From assembly GCA_964519415.1 (NCBI GenBank), contig CAZFJM010000003.1, forward strand, positions 5,668 to 69,667: a stretch of DNA of 64,000 nt, written 5' to 3'. This DNA is from Candidatus Woesearchaeota archaeon. Its GTDB lineage: Archaea > Nanobdellota > Nanobdellia > Pacearchaeales > GW2011-AR1. The notes under the pieces were generated by a model. It was not told the DNA's origin and ran no database searches. It saw nothing but the letters and a program-made list of their open reading frames with translations. Position numbers and translations under genes: made by a program. Below, piece after piece: positions 8,721 to 18,469 of this stretch (within the stretch, counting starts at the first letter, position 1; every line of letters begins with the position of its first letter).

Positions 8721-9707
8721 TTACAAAATTCCTTCTTCTAATAATTCTTCCCAAGTTTTTTCACCTAAAGCAACAAGTGCTTCCTTGTAAGTTAAAATTG
8801 GTTTTTCATATTTAGAATAATCATCTACAGCAATTCTTGGACAAGCTAATTCAACAAATGCTTCAATATTATAAAAGTTCATAATCTTCTCAGGAGTCAT
8901 TTCACTCATACTAATCAATAAAACTTTCTTTCCATTTTCTTTAAACTTATCAATAATATTTTTATAATTTCCAAATTTCTGTCCTAATTTAGATTCTGCA
9001 ATTATTCCTACATTATGTGCTCGTTTAAATCTATCAATTGCCATCGCTCTTTCTCTAATTATTTTATCTTTGAATTTAGACATATCAGAAACTTCATTAT
9101 TGTAAACATCTAAAAGATAAACAGGTTTATCGACGGCTAAAGCTGCACCAACAGAATGGAATCTATTTCCAATAATTACAAATGCTTCAACTTTATTTTC
9201 AATAGCTTTAAGTCCCGAGTACTCGCAACCAATAACTTGGCCTTCATAAAATGCGAATCCTGCTTTTTTACTCAAGACAACTTCTTTTTTATTTGTTTTA
9301 TAAAATTCTAAAATCTTCTTCAAATCATGTCTATGTTGCACTGCAAAACTTAATCCTATTTTTTTGTAATCTTTCAAACTATCCAATGATTTTTTCAGAA
9401 TAGGTTCCAAATCTAATTTATCTTTTATTTCAATATATAAAACCGGGAACTTTGTTTTCAAAAATTCAGAATGTCCAAAGTGTACAATCAAATCAACTTT
9501 GAATTGTTTAGCCTCATCAACTGCAACACAACATCCGCCCCAAGCCGTTTCACCAGAAAAAACGACTTCAATTCCAAGTTTCTCAATTTTTTCTTTTATT
9601 GCAAGTGCCTCGGTCTTTATACCCTCGGGTAATTGAACTAAAACCTTTTTCGGCTTTCGTTTCTTTAATTCTGCAATCATAAAATCTTCTTCAAAGTCCA
9701 ATACCAT
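8721..9707 (-). CDS. dph2: diphthamide biosynthesis protein Dph2
   Basis: VLVQLPEGIKTEALAI...GETAWGGCCVAVDEAKQFKVDLIVHFGHS matches Dph2 signatures (recalled). 328 aa. Confidence 0.7.
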   Translation of the reverse strand: MVLDFEEDFMIAELKKRKPKKVLVQLPEGIKTEALAIKEKIEKLGIEVVFSGETAWGGCCVAVDEAKQFKVDLIVHFGHSEFLKTKFPVLYIEIKDKLDLEPILKKSLDSLKDYKKIGLSFAVQHRHDLKKILEFYKTNKKEVVLSKKAGFAFYEGQVIGCEYSGLKAIENKVEAFVIIGNRFHSVGAALAVDKPVYLLDVYNNEVSDMSKFKDKIIRERAMAIDRFKRAHNVGIIAESKLGQKFGNYKNIIDKFKENGKKVLLISMSEMTPEKIMNFYNIEAFVELACPRIAVDDYSKYEKPILTYKEALVALGEKTWEELLEEGIL

Positions 9708-9813
9708 AAATAACCGACTCTTAATCCATATAAAAACTTTTTGAAAGTATATTCTCTAAAATATATATTGCCTGGGTATTTATCCTTTTAAACGGCTTAA
9801 TTTATATAAATCA

Positions 9814-11214
9814 ATGGTTGTAAAAAAGAACAAATCTGGTTTAAGAGTTTTTGACAGATGGACTACCTTTCCTGCTTCTCAATTAACTAGGCCTATGCCT
9901 ACGACTGATGGGGCTTCGCCCTTTCTTCGTGAAAAAATGCGAACTTTTGCAGAAGATTATTGTAAATTTTCTTCTCAAGTTAGAACTGCCTCAGATGTAA
10001 CTGATTATTGTAAAGATTCACTTGAAAGAGCTAGATTTGATTTTAAGAATGGAATTTATATGACTGAAAGTGATGGTAATGCATTTGCAGCCGTCAAATA
10101 TGGAACTCTACCTGTAGAAGAAGGAATAAGAGTTGTTTTTTCTCATAACGATTCTCCGGGTTTGGGGTTAAAAACAAAACCAGCTGTTGTCCCTTGGGAT
10201 CCGGATCAACAATTATTACATTTAGGTATAATTGCAGATTTAAAGGAAGTGGGTAGCGTGCATGCTGGTCAATGGGCGGGGCGTGACTATACTGTAAAAG
10301 GATTCTTTTATCAAGATGGCGTAAAAAAGAAATTAGAATTTCCAGGATATCTTGCAGATGTTAATGTTCATACAGATACCAGAGATGCTGCAGGTCATAC
10401 TATAAATGAAGCATACCCTAAAGACGGACTAGACCTTATTGTTGGTTATAATAACCTTTCAAACTTTTTAAAATCAATTGGGATAAAAAGTGAAACTGAT
10501 TTTCAAACTGCGCAATTACAACTTTATCCTGAAAATCCTACAAGAATATTTGGACAAGGTTTCATAACAGGCCATGCTCATGATGCAAGAATTGGAACAT
10601 ATAGTACTTTGAAGGCATTTGAAAAAACAAAGTCTCCTTACACGACAGTTTTAATTGGATTTGATAGAGAAGAAACAGGTAGCTTCGGCCCTGGAGGAGC
10701 AAACTCTCCTTTCTTAGACGACATAGTAGATAATATTCTTTTAAAGTCAAAGGTAGTTTCAAGTAGAAAAGAGTTAACTGAATCTCTAAAAAGAGAAATT
10801 TATAGAAGTTCTTTTGCGATAAACGGAGATGTTGATGTATCTGCCAGTCCGAAGGATTCTGAAGAGGGTCGTATTGATCCCATGTCGATTGCAAAAATGG
10901 CCTTTGGTCCGTTCTTATTAACTGAAGATGGAAATTATACTGCAGATCAATCAAGAAGAGAGCATGTTGCTCGTTTAATGAAAATTTTAGGCGAATCAAA
11001 TATTATTTTTTATCCTGTTGGAAGTGCAATGACCCAAGAAAATTCACAATTAGAAACCTGCAGTTTTGATATCAACAAAAAAGGTTTACCTACTTTTGCA
11101 TTTGGCGTTCCAGTAGTTGGGACTCATAGTGTAATTGAATTAGCTCATGAAGGAGATTTATATTATTCTTTCTTAGGCCATAAAGCATTCTTAAAAGCAG
11201 ATTGGAAACCTTAA
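9814..11214 (+). CDS. M18-family aminopeptidase-like
   Basis: VVFSHNDSPGL, GHAHDARIGTYSTL and IGFDREETGSFGPGGANSPFL resemble M18 metal-ligand motifs. GC looks higher than neighbours. Confidence 0.55.
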   Translation: MVVKKNKSGLRVFDRWTTFPASQLTRPMPTTDGASPFLREKMRTFAEDYCKFSSQVRTASDVTDYCKDSLERARFDFKNGIYMTESDGNAFAAVKYGTLPVEEGIRVVFSHNDSPGLGLKTKPAVVPWDPDQQLLHLGIIADLKEVGSVHAGQWAGRDYTVKGFFYQDGVKKKLEFPGYLADVNVHTDTRDAAGHTINEAYPKDGLDLIVGYNNLSNFLKSIGIKSETDFQTAQLQLYPENPTRIFGQGFITGHAHDARIGTYSTLKAFEKTKSPYTTVLIGFDREETGSFGPGGANSPFLDDIVDNILLKSKVVSSRKELTESLKREIYRSSFAINGDVDVSASPKDSEEGRIDPMSIAKMAFGPFLLTEDGNYTADQSRREHVARLMKILGESNIIFYPVGSAMTQENSQLETCSFDINKKGLPTFAFGVPVVGTHSVIELAHEGDLYYSFLGHKAFLKADWKP

Positions 11215-11216
11215 GT

Positions 11217-11813
11217 TTATATTAAACTTAAAATACCGTAAAGCCCATAATATCCAATAAGGCCTGTTGCAATAAATCCTAATGTTCTAGGTATAACTCC
11301 CCATAAAATAAATTGTAATTTATTCATTCTCAATGCGCCAAATATTAGGGGGAAATAAGGGATTGGTAAAGGAAGAACTCCAGCAGAAAGTACAAACCAT
11401 TTACCGTGTTTGTTCCAAAATCTTACTGTTCTATCAACTGTTTTTTGTTTAAAGAAAGGAGCTATTGCGTGAAATCCATAGTGGTACCCAATAAGAAAAG
11501 CAGTCATTGAACCTATAATTGAGGCAACCATTGTAACTAGAACTGCTGAATAAATGTTAACTCCAAACCCCATTCCCCAAAGAAGGATAAAATCTGGGCT
11601 AAGTAACTGTGGTAAAAATTCTATTATTAAAACAAAAATAAATATTGCTATTAGACCATAATTAATAATATTATTTGTCATATATTCGCTTGTTTCTTCA
11701 TAATTCCAAACAAGGTAAATACTAACTGTAACAATAATCATCAAAAGAATAACACTTGCAATTCTAATTTCTTTACGAATTTTTTTCCTTCTAAGATCTA
11801 GTTCCTCTCCCAT
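11217..11813 (-). CDS. DedA/VTT-domain membrane protein
   Basis: Multi-TM. Segment LLWGMGFGVNIYSAVLVTMVASIIGSMTAFLIGYHYG resembles the DedA motif. Confidence 0.5.
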   Translation of the reverse strand: MGEELDLRRKKIRKEIRIASVILLMIIVTVSIYLVWNYEETSEYMTNNIINYGLIAIFIFVLIIEFLPQLLSPDFILLWGMGFGVNIYSAVLVTMVASIIGSMTAFLIGYHYGFHAIAPFFKQKTVDRTVRFWNKHGKWFVLSAGVLPLPIPYFPLIFGALRMNKLQFILWGVIPRTLGFIATGLIGYYGLYGILSLI

Positions 11814-11891
11814 ACCTAATTTATTTCTACTAACTTAAAAAATCTATGCTTTCTTAAGTAAACTTATAAACCAGTATAAATAAGCTAAATA

Positions 11892-12731
11892 ATGGCAGAT
11901 ATAAAGACACTATTAAATTTTGGAATTATAATAGTTGATAAACCAACGGGCCCGACTTCTTTTTCCATTTCAGATTATGTAAGAAAAAAATTAAACTTAT
12001 CAAAAACTTCTCATTTTGGGACTCTTGATCCACAGGTTACAGGTGTTCTACCTATAGCTTTAGGAAGGGCCTGCAAACTAACAGGAACTTTTTTAGGACA
12101 CGATAAAATATACATGGGCATAATGCATACTCATAAAGAACAGGATGTAAAAGAACTTCAAAAAATAATCAATGAAAGTTTTATTGGAACTATTAAGCAA
12201 ACCCCTCCAAAAAAATCAAGAGTAAAAAGACAGGAAAGAGAAAGAGATATTATTAGATTCGAACTTTTAGAAGTTGGAGAAAATAAGAAAGATTTTCTAT
12301 TTATTTCGGAAGTACAGGGCGGAACATACATAAGAAAACTTTGTTCTGATTTAGGAGAGAAAATCGGTGGGGCACATATGCTTGAATTAAGAAGAACTCA
12401 AGCAGGGATTTTCGATGAAAGTCAAGCTGTAAAACTATATGACTTTGAAAAAGCAGTTGATGAATATAAAAATGGAAATCCAAAACTTCTAGAAAAGATG
12501 ATTATTCCAGCAGAAGAAGCTATAAAAAAAGTAATAAAATGTTACGAGGCAAAACCAGAGTCAATTCGTCAACTTAAAACAGGAAAGCCCATTTTTAGAG
12601 GGGAATTAGAGGGTCTAGCACCTGATGAAGCAGAATTTGCTGTTTTCCACAAAGATTCTTTTATTGGTCTATACAAATTAACAAACGAATCTATTGAAAT
12701 AATCGCAAGACCGACTTTCGTTTTTAACTAA
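11892..12731 (+). CDS. cbf5: tRNA/rRNA pseudouridine synthase Cbf5 (TruB family)
   Basis: IIIVDKPTGPTSFSIS...SHFGTLDPQVTGVLPIALGRA is the TruB catalytic motif. PUA-like C-terminus. Confidence 0.7.
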   Translation: MADIKTLLNFGIIIVDKPTGPTSFSISDYVRKKLNLSKTSHFGTLDPQVTGVLPIALGRACKLTGTFLGHDKIYMGIMHTHKEQDVKELQKIINESFIGTIKQTPPKKSRVKRQERERDIIRFELLEVGENKKDFLFISEVQGGTYIRKLCSDLGEKIGGAHMLELRRTQAGIFDESQAVKLYDFEKAVDEYKNGNPKLLEKMIIPAEEAIKKVIKCYEAKPESIRQLKTGKPIFRGELEGLAPDEAEFAVFHKDSFIGLYKLTNESIEIIARPTFVFN

Positions 12732-12763
12732 ATCTTTAAAAACTCTATTATTGCAGGATTTAT

Positions 12764-13087
12764 ATGGTAAACAAAGTAATTTCACTAACCGAACGTTTGA
12801 ATCTAGAGGAATCTGAAGCTCTAATGTCTATGTTAGATGAAAAAAGAAAAGACACTATGCAGATAAAACTTCTTCTACCTTACAATGGACCGAGAAAAAT
12901 TATTAGATATGCAGTAGGAGAAAAGTCTGTTCTTTCATTTGATTATGGGGAACGTAATGAAGATATCTTGTCTGGAATACCTGTAACATTAGTTTCTCCA
13001 AATAAAAGAGCATATTCTCTGGCAAAAAGCCTTCTTGAAAAGCCCCTAGAACTTCTACCATTAACAGAAGAAGCCTATGACCGGTAA
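12764..13087 (+). CDS. hypothetical protein, 107 aa
   Basis: ORF track only. Confidence 0.3.
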   Translation: MVNKVISLTERLNLEESEALMSMLDEKRKDTMQIKLLLPYNGPRKIIRYAVGEKSVLSFDYGERNEDILSGIPVTLVSPNKRAYSLAKSLLEKPLELLPLTEEAYDR

Positions 13088-13146
13088 TTCTAATCTATAC
13101 TTTCTAAAATAGTAATAGTTATAAAGAAAATAAGCTCCTCGAATTT

Positions 13147-15219
13147 ATGGATGAAGACTTCGGAAATGAGGAAATAGAGGAAGATGATGAACTGCCTGCA
13201 AGTAAGCCAGATACGCTAAATCAAGAAGATTTGATTATGGAGGCTAAGAGTTTTTTTAGCACTCAAAAAAAGCAATTAGGTGAATCTGCAAAACAAGCAG
13301 ATAAAGTAGTAAAACTAGATTTTAACGAACTTTCAGAACAGTCTCCTGAACTTGCGGAAAGATTAATTACAAAACCAGATGAGACTTTAGAAATTTTAGA
13401 ACTTGCTTTACATGAATCTGGTTTAGTTTTAGAACCGCGAGTACGTCTTATTAATTTATCAAATTCTCAAGTAATGAAAATAAGAAATATAAGATCGAAA
13501 AATCTTAATACTATGATTTCTATTGAAGGGATTGTTCGTCAAGCTTCTGAAGTTCGTCCGCGAGTTGTAAACGCAAAATTTGAGTGTCCTGCTTGTGGAA
13601 CTATTTTAAGTGTTTTGCAAATTGATGAAAAATTTAGAGAACCTTCAAGATGTTCTTGTGGAAGACGGGGTGGATTTAAAGAATTGGATAAAGAAATGGT
13701 TGACGCTCAAAGATTAGTTATTGAAGAATCTCCAGATGCATTAACTGGTGGAGAGCAGGCAAAAAGAATGACTGTATTTTTGAAAGAAGATTTAGTAGAG
13801 CCGAAAATGGAAGAAAAAACAACCCCTGGTGCAAGAGTAAATATTATTGGTGTTTTGAAAGAAGTTCCTTTACCTGCAAAAACTGGTGGAATTTTAACTC
13901 GTTTTGATTTAGCAGTTGAAGCAAATAGCATTACTCCTATGGAAGAGAGTTTTGACGATATTCAAGTCTCTGAAGAAGATGAGCAGGAAATTAGAGAGCT
14001 TGCAGCAGATCCTAAAATTATGGAGAAACTTGCAGCAAGTATAGCGCCTTCTGTTTGGGGTTATCCAGAAATTAAGACCTCTTTAGCTTTACAATTATTT
14101 GGAGGAGTTCAGAAATCACGTTCAGATGGAACAAAGACAAGAGGCGACTTACACGTTTTGTTAGTCGGTGATCCTGGTGTAGCAAAATCCGTTATGTTAA
14201 AATTCATTTCAGGAATTGCTCCCAAGGGACGTTATGTATCTGGTAAATCTACTTCCGGTGCAGGTCTTACTGCGACTGTAGTTAAAGATGAATTCTTAAG
14301 AGGTTGGGCATTGGAAGCCGGTGCGATGGTTTTATCCAATAAGGGTTTAGTTTGTATTGACGAGTTAGAAAAAATGGATGAGAATGATAGATCAACTATG
14401 CACGAAGCTATGGAACAGCAATCCGTTACAATTTCTAAAGCAAATGTTCAGGCAAGCTTAAGAGCACAGACAGCCGTTCTTGCAGCAGCGAATCCGAAAT
14501 TTGGTAGATTTGATCCTCATGAAATGATTGCAAAGCAAGTTAATTTAGCTCCCTCATTATTAAACAGATTTGACGTATTATTTATTTTAAGAGATCTCCC
14601 AGATAAAACTCGTGATGAAAGTATTGCAGCGCACGTTTTAAGAGAGCACAAGCAAGAAACACATAATGCGGATATAATTAGTAAAGAGCTTTTAAGAAAA
14701 TACATTGCATTCGCAAAACAACATTGTAGCCCTACTTTATCAGATGAAGCAATAAAGAGAATAAAAACTTTCTACGTTAATTTAAGAAATCAACCAACTA
14801 TTGCGAATGAAGGAATAAAACCTATTCCAATATCTGCTAGACAGTTAGAGGCTTTAGTAAGATTAGCAGAAGCAACTGCAAAAGCTCGTTTAGGTAAACA
14901 AGTTACAGAAGAAGATGCAATAAAAGCAATAGCTTTAATGAAATTCTACATGATGCAAGTAGGTTATGACGAAGAAACTAAGAGTTTCGATATTGATAAG
15001 ATTTCAGGTAATCCTGCATCAAAGAGAAATAAGATTTATATTTTAAAAGAGATTTTAGAAGAGCTTGAAGCTAGACTTGGAAAATTAATTCCTATGGAAG
15101 AAGTTGAGAAGTTGGCAGACGGCAAATTAAAAACTGACGAATTAGAAGAGGCGTTAGATAAGTTAGTTCGTGCAGGAGATTTATTCAGACCTAGAAAGGG
15201 TTATGTTCAAAGAATGTAA
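13147..15219 (+). CDS. mcm: MCM replicative helicase
   Basis: Zn finger CPACG...CSCG, Walker A GDPGVAKS, Walker B VCIDELEKMD, arginine-finger region SVLAAANP. 690 aa. Confidence 0.9.
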   Translation: MDEDFGNEEIEEDDELPASKPDTLNQEDLIMEAKSFFSTQKKQLGESAKQADKVVKLDFNELSEQSPELAERLITKPDETLEILELALHESGLVLEPRVRLINLSNSQVMKIRNIRSKNLNTMISIEGIVRQASEVRPRVVNAKFECPACGTILSVLQIDEKFREPSRCSCGRRGGFKELDKEMVDAQRLVIEESPDALTGGEQAKRMTVFLKEDLVEPKMEEKTTPGARVNIIGVLKEVPLPAKTGGILTRFDLAVEANSITPMEESFDDIQVSEEDEQEIRELAADPKIMEKLAASIAPSVWGYPEIKTSLALQLFGGVQKSRSDGTKTRGDLHVLLVGDPGVAKSVMLKFISGIAPKGRYVSGKSTSGAGLTATVVKDEFLRGWALEAGAMVLSNKGLVCIDELEKMDENDRSTMHEAMEQQSVTISKANVQASLRAQTAVLAAANPKFGRFDPHEMIAKQVNLAPSLLNRFDVLFILRDLPDKTRDESIAAHVLREHKQETHNADIISKELLRKYIAFAKQHCSPTLSDEAIKRIKTFYVNLRNQPTIANEGIKPIPISARQLEALVRLAEATAKARLGKQVTEEDAIKAIALMKFYMMQVGYDEETKSFDIDKISGNPASKRNKIYILKEILEELEARLGKLIPMEEVEKLADGKLKTDELEEALDKLVRAGDLFRPRKGYVQRM

Positions 15220-15445
15220 TATGGTAAAAAATTATTTTGCAACAATAAACAATCTTGCACATAAAGCAAGAAAAGATAATTCTAATAAAGACGGTTTGTA
15301 TTTAATTGGAATAGAATTTAAAGATCTTGTTTATGGTTTCTCAGAAAGAGCAAGTTTATTAGAGGCTTTTGCAGAGTTAGAGAGCAAGGGTTATTCTGGC
15401 AGAAATTTACGGGCTACTTTTCTGGATAGTTTAGAAATTAACTAA
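15170..15445 (+). CDS. hypothetical small protein
   Basis: ORF track. 5' end overlaps the mcm 3' end by 50 nt, so the true start is probably the internal Met at 15221. Confidence 0.25.
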   Translation: MQEIYSDLERVMFKECNMVKNYFATINNLAHKARKDNSNKDGLYLIGIEFKDLVYGFSERASLLEAFAELESKGYSGRNLRATFLDSLEIN

Positions 15446-15489
15446 TCTAACATCTAAATATTTTTAAACACAAAAATTAACTAATATTT

Positions 15490-15837
15490 ATGTCTTATCA
15501 TCCAAGTAAATTAGAAGTTCCTCTAAAAGAAGTTTTAATTTCAGAAAAAAGAAACAGTAGTGGTTTGGTTGAAAAAATAGTTTTAGTTTCTCCAATTGAG
15601 GCTGCAAAAGCTATTGCAAATATGGATTATAATTCACAGAGGGAATTCTTTGATAAATATACTCTAGAAATAAAAGCGCAAGAAGAAGCAGATAGAAATA
15701 AAGGAAGAGCGCAACTTCCAACAATGCTAAAATCTGTTGCACACTATTCTTCTAAAGTTTCTCACTCTCTTTCTCACGCTTGGGGATTGTGTGAAAGATA
15801 TATGTCCAAAACAAAAGGCGGATATAGAGGTACTTAA
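15490..15837 (+). CDS. hypothetical protein, 115 aa
   Basis: ORF track. Confidence 0.3.
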   Translation: MSYHPSKLEVPLKEVLISEKRNSSGLVEKIVLVSPIEAAKAIANMDYNSQREFFDKYTLEIKAQEEADRNKGRAQLPTMLKSVAHYSSKVSHSLSHAWGLCERYMSKTKGGYRGT

Positions 15838-15847
15838 TCCTATAAAA

Positions 15848-16318
15848 ATGAATGAACAATTTTATAATCGTGGAAGATCTGATTCGTTAAGAAAGCTTCC
15901 TGCAAATCCGTGCAGTTCAACACCAGACCAATACAATCATTACATGAACGGATACAATTCTATTCAACAAAAAAATCCGGGATATGATCAAGCGTTTGAA
16001 GGAATTTGTGGAATTATAACTAGATCGCAAAATTTAGGAAAAATAAAAGATATTACTTTGCGATTAGCAGAACTATTAGTAGCTTCAATAAATGAACCTG
16101 CAGATATAAAAACAAATTTAGATGAGGAATTTGCTAAACAACTTTGTGAATTAAGAATATATGATTCAAAGTTAGAAGATGGAATCATGCAGTTATATAA
16201 TTCCGTTCAAAAATCAAAATGTTTTGGCAGAGAAGATTTATCTAAAGTGAAGTATTTAAGTCACAAACCTCAAGAAGTACAGAAGAAAAACACCAAAAAG
16301 AAACCTAAAAAAAGTTGA
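15848..16318 (+). CDS. hypothetical protein, ~156 aa
   Basis: In-frame ATG (MNEQFYNRG) of track ORF 15737..16318, placed after the upstream stop. Confidence 0.3.
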   Translation: MNEQFYNRGRSDSLRKLPANPCSSTPDQYNHYMNGYNSIQQKNPGYDQAFEGICGIITRSQNLGKIKDITLRLAELLVASINEPADIKTNLDEEFAKQLCELRIYDSKLEDGIMQLYNSVQKSKCFGREDLSKVKYLSHKPQEVQKKNTKKKPKKS

Positions 16319-16366
16319 TTTTTTTATCATATAAATCCTTAAAAACCCTATATTATTTCAGAGCTT

Positions 16367-16990
16367 ATGGAAGGTGTAATGGATAACGAGCAAAGAAAGA
16401 GGAATATAGCTTACAAGCTAAGGATTGGTGACGTAATGAAATCTAAACCAGTTTCAAACGAAGGTAAACTTCTATTCTTGGAACTTGGCGACAAAAAAAT
16501 AATAAGAGTTAACTTAATTGCAAATGCAGTTGACAAATTCATAAATGATGGTGATAAAAAATACGCTTCTATAACAGTTGATGATGCTTCAGGACAAATA
16601 AAACTAAAGGCTTTCGGTGATGATATTGCTCCATTAAAAGATATTTCTCAAGGAGACACACTTCAAATTATTGGTTTAATGAGAGAATACAATAGCGAAA
16701 TTTACATTACTCCAGAAGTTGTAAAAAAGGTAGATCCTAAATGGTTACTTGTAAGAAAATTAGAAATTCAAAAATCTCACAAAGATGCTCCTCTTCCAAC
16801 AAACGCTTCTTTAAGAGAAATAATTTTAGAAAAGATAAAGAAGTCTGATTCAACAGGCGGCTTAGACAAGGAACAGTTAATCTTAGACACAGAAGCATCT
16901 CCAGAGGTCATTAATGCTGAAATCAAGCACCTTTTAGAAGAAGGAATGATATATGAACCAAGACCTGGAATTTTGAGGTATTTAGGATAA
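16367..16990 (+). CDS. OB-fold plus C-terminal winged-helix protein, possibly RPA32-like
   Basis: OB-like core (ASITVDDASGQIKLKAFGDD...LQIIGLMREY) and wH-like tail (EQLILDTEASPEVINAEIKHLLEEGMIY). Confidence 0.3.
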   Translation: MEGVMDNEQRKRNIAYKLRIGDVMKSKPVSNEGKLLFLELGDKKIIRVNLIANAVDKFINDGDKKYASITVDDASGQIKLKAFGDDIAPLKDISQGDTLQIIGLMREYNSEIYITPEVVKKVDPKWLLVRKLEIQKSHKDAPLPTNASLREIILEKIKKSDSTGGLDKEQLILDTEASPEVINAEIKHLLEEGMIYEPRPGILRYLG

Positions 16991-16991
16991 A

Positions 16992-17321
16992 ATGGCAAAA
17001 AAACAAATAGCTATTGAGTACGATATTCCAACTATAGGTTGGGTAGGTATAATTCATGCTCCCGGTTGTGAAAATGGCCCATATTATGCTAGAGTTGACG
17101 GTTATGGTATTGTTGCATCAGAAAGTGGAAGCGAAGATGAAGCAAGAGTAAGAACTGGAAAAAGTATTGAGTTATTTCTTGGCTCAAGAAAAACAGAATT
17201 AGAGGCCCAATCAAAAGATGAAAATTATGGAAAGATAACTTTAATCAAGCTTATTTTATCCGGAATACAGTCAAGTCAAACTTCGCTTGGAGCTTTGAGT
17301 CAATACGAAACTAAAAATTAA
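16992..17321 (+). CDS. hypothetical protein, 109 aa
   Basis: ORF track; starts 2 nt after the upstream stop. Confidence 0.3.
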   Translation: MAKKQIAIEYDIPTIGWVGIIHAPGCENGPYYARVDGYGIVASESGSEDEARVRTGKSIELFLGSRKTELEAQSKDENYGKITLIKLILSGIQSSQTSLGALSQYETKN

Positions 17322-17536
17322 TTTTTTTTATCACTCAAATCAACCATTAATCCTTCAATCTTTGAAGAAGCGTATTCTTTTTGAAAATCTTCGAAAGTTC
17401 TAAAATATTTTTCCTGTACAACTCCATCCCCGTCTCTGTGAAAATGCAAAACTCCTTGATGGCCATAGACTTTAAAACGACTATCCGATACCGAATTCCA
17501 AACATTCACTAAACTTTGTAGTCCTTCATTACTCAT
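17318..17536 (-). CDS. hypothetical protein, 72 aa
   Basis: ORF track. Confidence 0.25.
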   Translation of the reverse strand: MSNEGLQSLVNVWNSVSDSRFKVYGHQGVLHFHRDGDGVVQEKYFRTFEDFQKEYASSKIEGLMVDLSDKKN

Positions 17537-18395
17537 TTTCTTTAGAATCTAAATCTTCTTTTTCTTTCTTTAACTTCTTTAAATTTGCAAGATCTTGTAA
17601 TGTAATATTATTTAAGTTTTCTTTTCTAGAAAAGTCAAACTTATCTGATTCAATTTCATTTGCAAGTTGATCATATCTTTTTTTCTTTTCTTCATTCTTT
17701 TGCATAACGATTTCATCAACATCAATTTTATCATGTTGTGTTTCAACATCGCCATTATAATAATCTACTCCATCTTCCTTTGCTTTTTTAACAAGGAAAA
17801 AATGTTTCTTCATTTTCTGTCTTACTGAATCTAAAATACCTTGTTCAACAGTTTTCTTTTCTTCTATCTTCTTAGTTTCCATAGGTAACATAACAATTTC
17901 TCTTCTTGCAATCTTCAATATTTTAACTTCAAGAACTCTTTCAACTGCAGCTGCAACAGCTTGGAATCCAGGGAATAACTGTCCTGCTTCTAAAGACTCA
18001 TATTGTTTTTGATCAACGCCAGCAAGTTGTGCGATTTTAGTAGTAGTTATTTTAGCATGTCTTCTTGCTTGTTTTAGAATCCAGTCGTAATTTTCTATTA
18101 AATCACCATGCTCTTGTTTCATTCCTGGAAATTTCAATTTAGCCAAATTTTTATGTGCAATCATTTGGTCTTTAACCATAAATTTCTTTTGAGGATTAGA
18201 CATATGTTCCATAACTTCTCGAACACTTCTTCTTTTTTCAGCCTGTTCTAGTTGCTCTCTTGTTGGTTTTTTAATCAAAGTAATGCCTTCTCTTTCAGAA
18301 CATTTATAGCAAACTTTTCTGACTCCTCTTTCGCTTATACCGTCAAATAATAAAACTTCCTCTTCTGGTTTTCCACATGCGAAACATTTAGCCAT
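17529..18395 (-). CDS. Zn-ribbon plus HTH (XRE-like) protein with Lys/Glu-rich tail, MBF1-like
   Basis: N-terminal CFACG...CYKC ribbon. HTH-like KITTTKIAQLAGVDQKQYESLEAGQ. Confidence 0.35.
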   Translation of the reverse strand: MAKCFACGKPEEEVLLFDGISERGVRKVCYKCSEREGITLIKKPTREQLEQAEKRRSVREVMEHMSNPQKKFMVKDQMIAHKNLAKLKFPGMKQEHGDLIENYDWILKQARRHAKITTTKIAQLAGVDQKQYESLEAGQLFPGFQAVAAAVERVLEVKILKIARREIVMLPMETKKIEEKKTVEQGILDSVRQKMKKHFFLVKKAKEDGVDYYNGDVETQHDKIDVDEIVMQKNEEKKKRYDQLANEIESDKFDFSRKENLNNITLQDLANLKKLKKEKEDLDSKENE

Positions 18396-18469
18396 AAGAA
18401 ACGAATTAATCGTGTCTTTTTAAGCATTTATATAATAAAATATATTTCTTAAAAAGGCTAAAATACTAT

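Noticed and set aside
9751-9766. ctctaaaat(t)ata shared between the 9751 region and the 25-bp repeat at 51867 as a common promoter
   Set aside because: Orientation relative to the downstream genes is opposite in the two loci, and the match is short. Treated as coincidence in AT-rich DNA.
10562-10999. 145-aa minus-strand ORF inside the M18 aminopeptidase gene
   Set aside because: It lies wholly antisense within a well-supported CDS and has a Leu/Phe-rich low-complexity translation typical of AT-rich antisense frames. The same reasoning applies to 831..1025, 3196..3420, 12301..12483, 13707..13931, 14517..14705, 15988..16188, 16777..16998, 20816..21025, 21171..21386, 27942..28223, 28114..28419, 30503..30727, 31049..31243, 32401..32592, 33783..34028, 34100..34294, 35119..35340, 36121..36327, 37166..37384, 38214..38429, 40014..40217, 41449..41655, 42198..42545, 43167..43679, 44925..45342, 46957..47154, 48044..48280, 53243..53644, 54619..54879, 55760..55942, 56770..56979, 59697..59888, 61355..61561 and 61916..62131.
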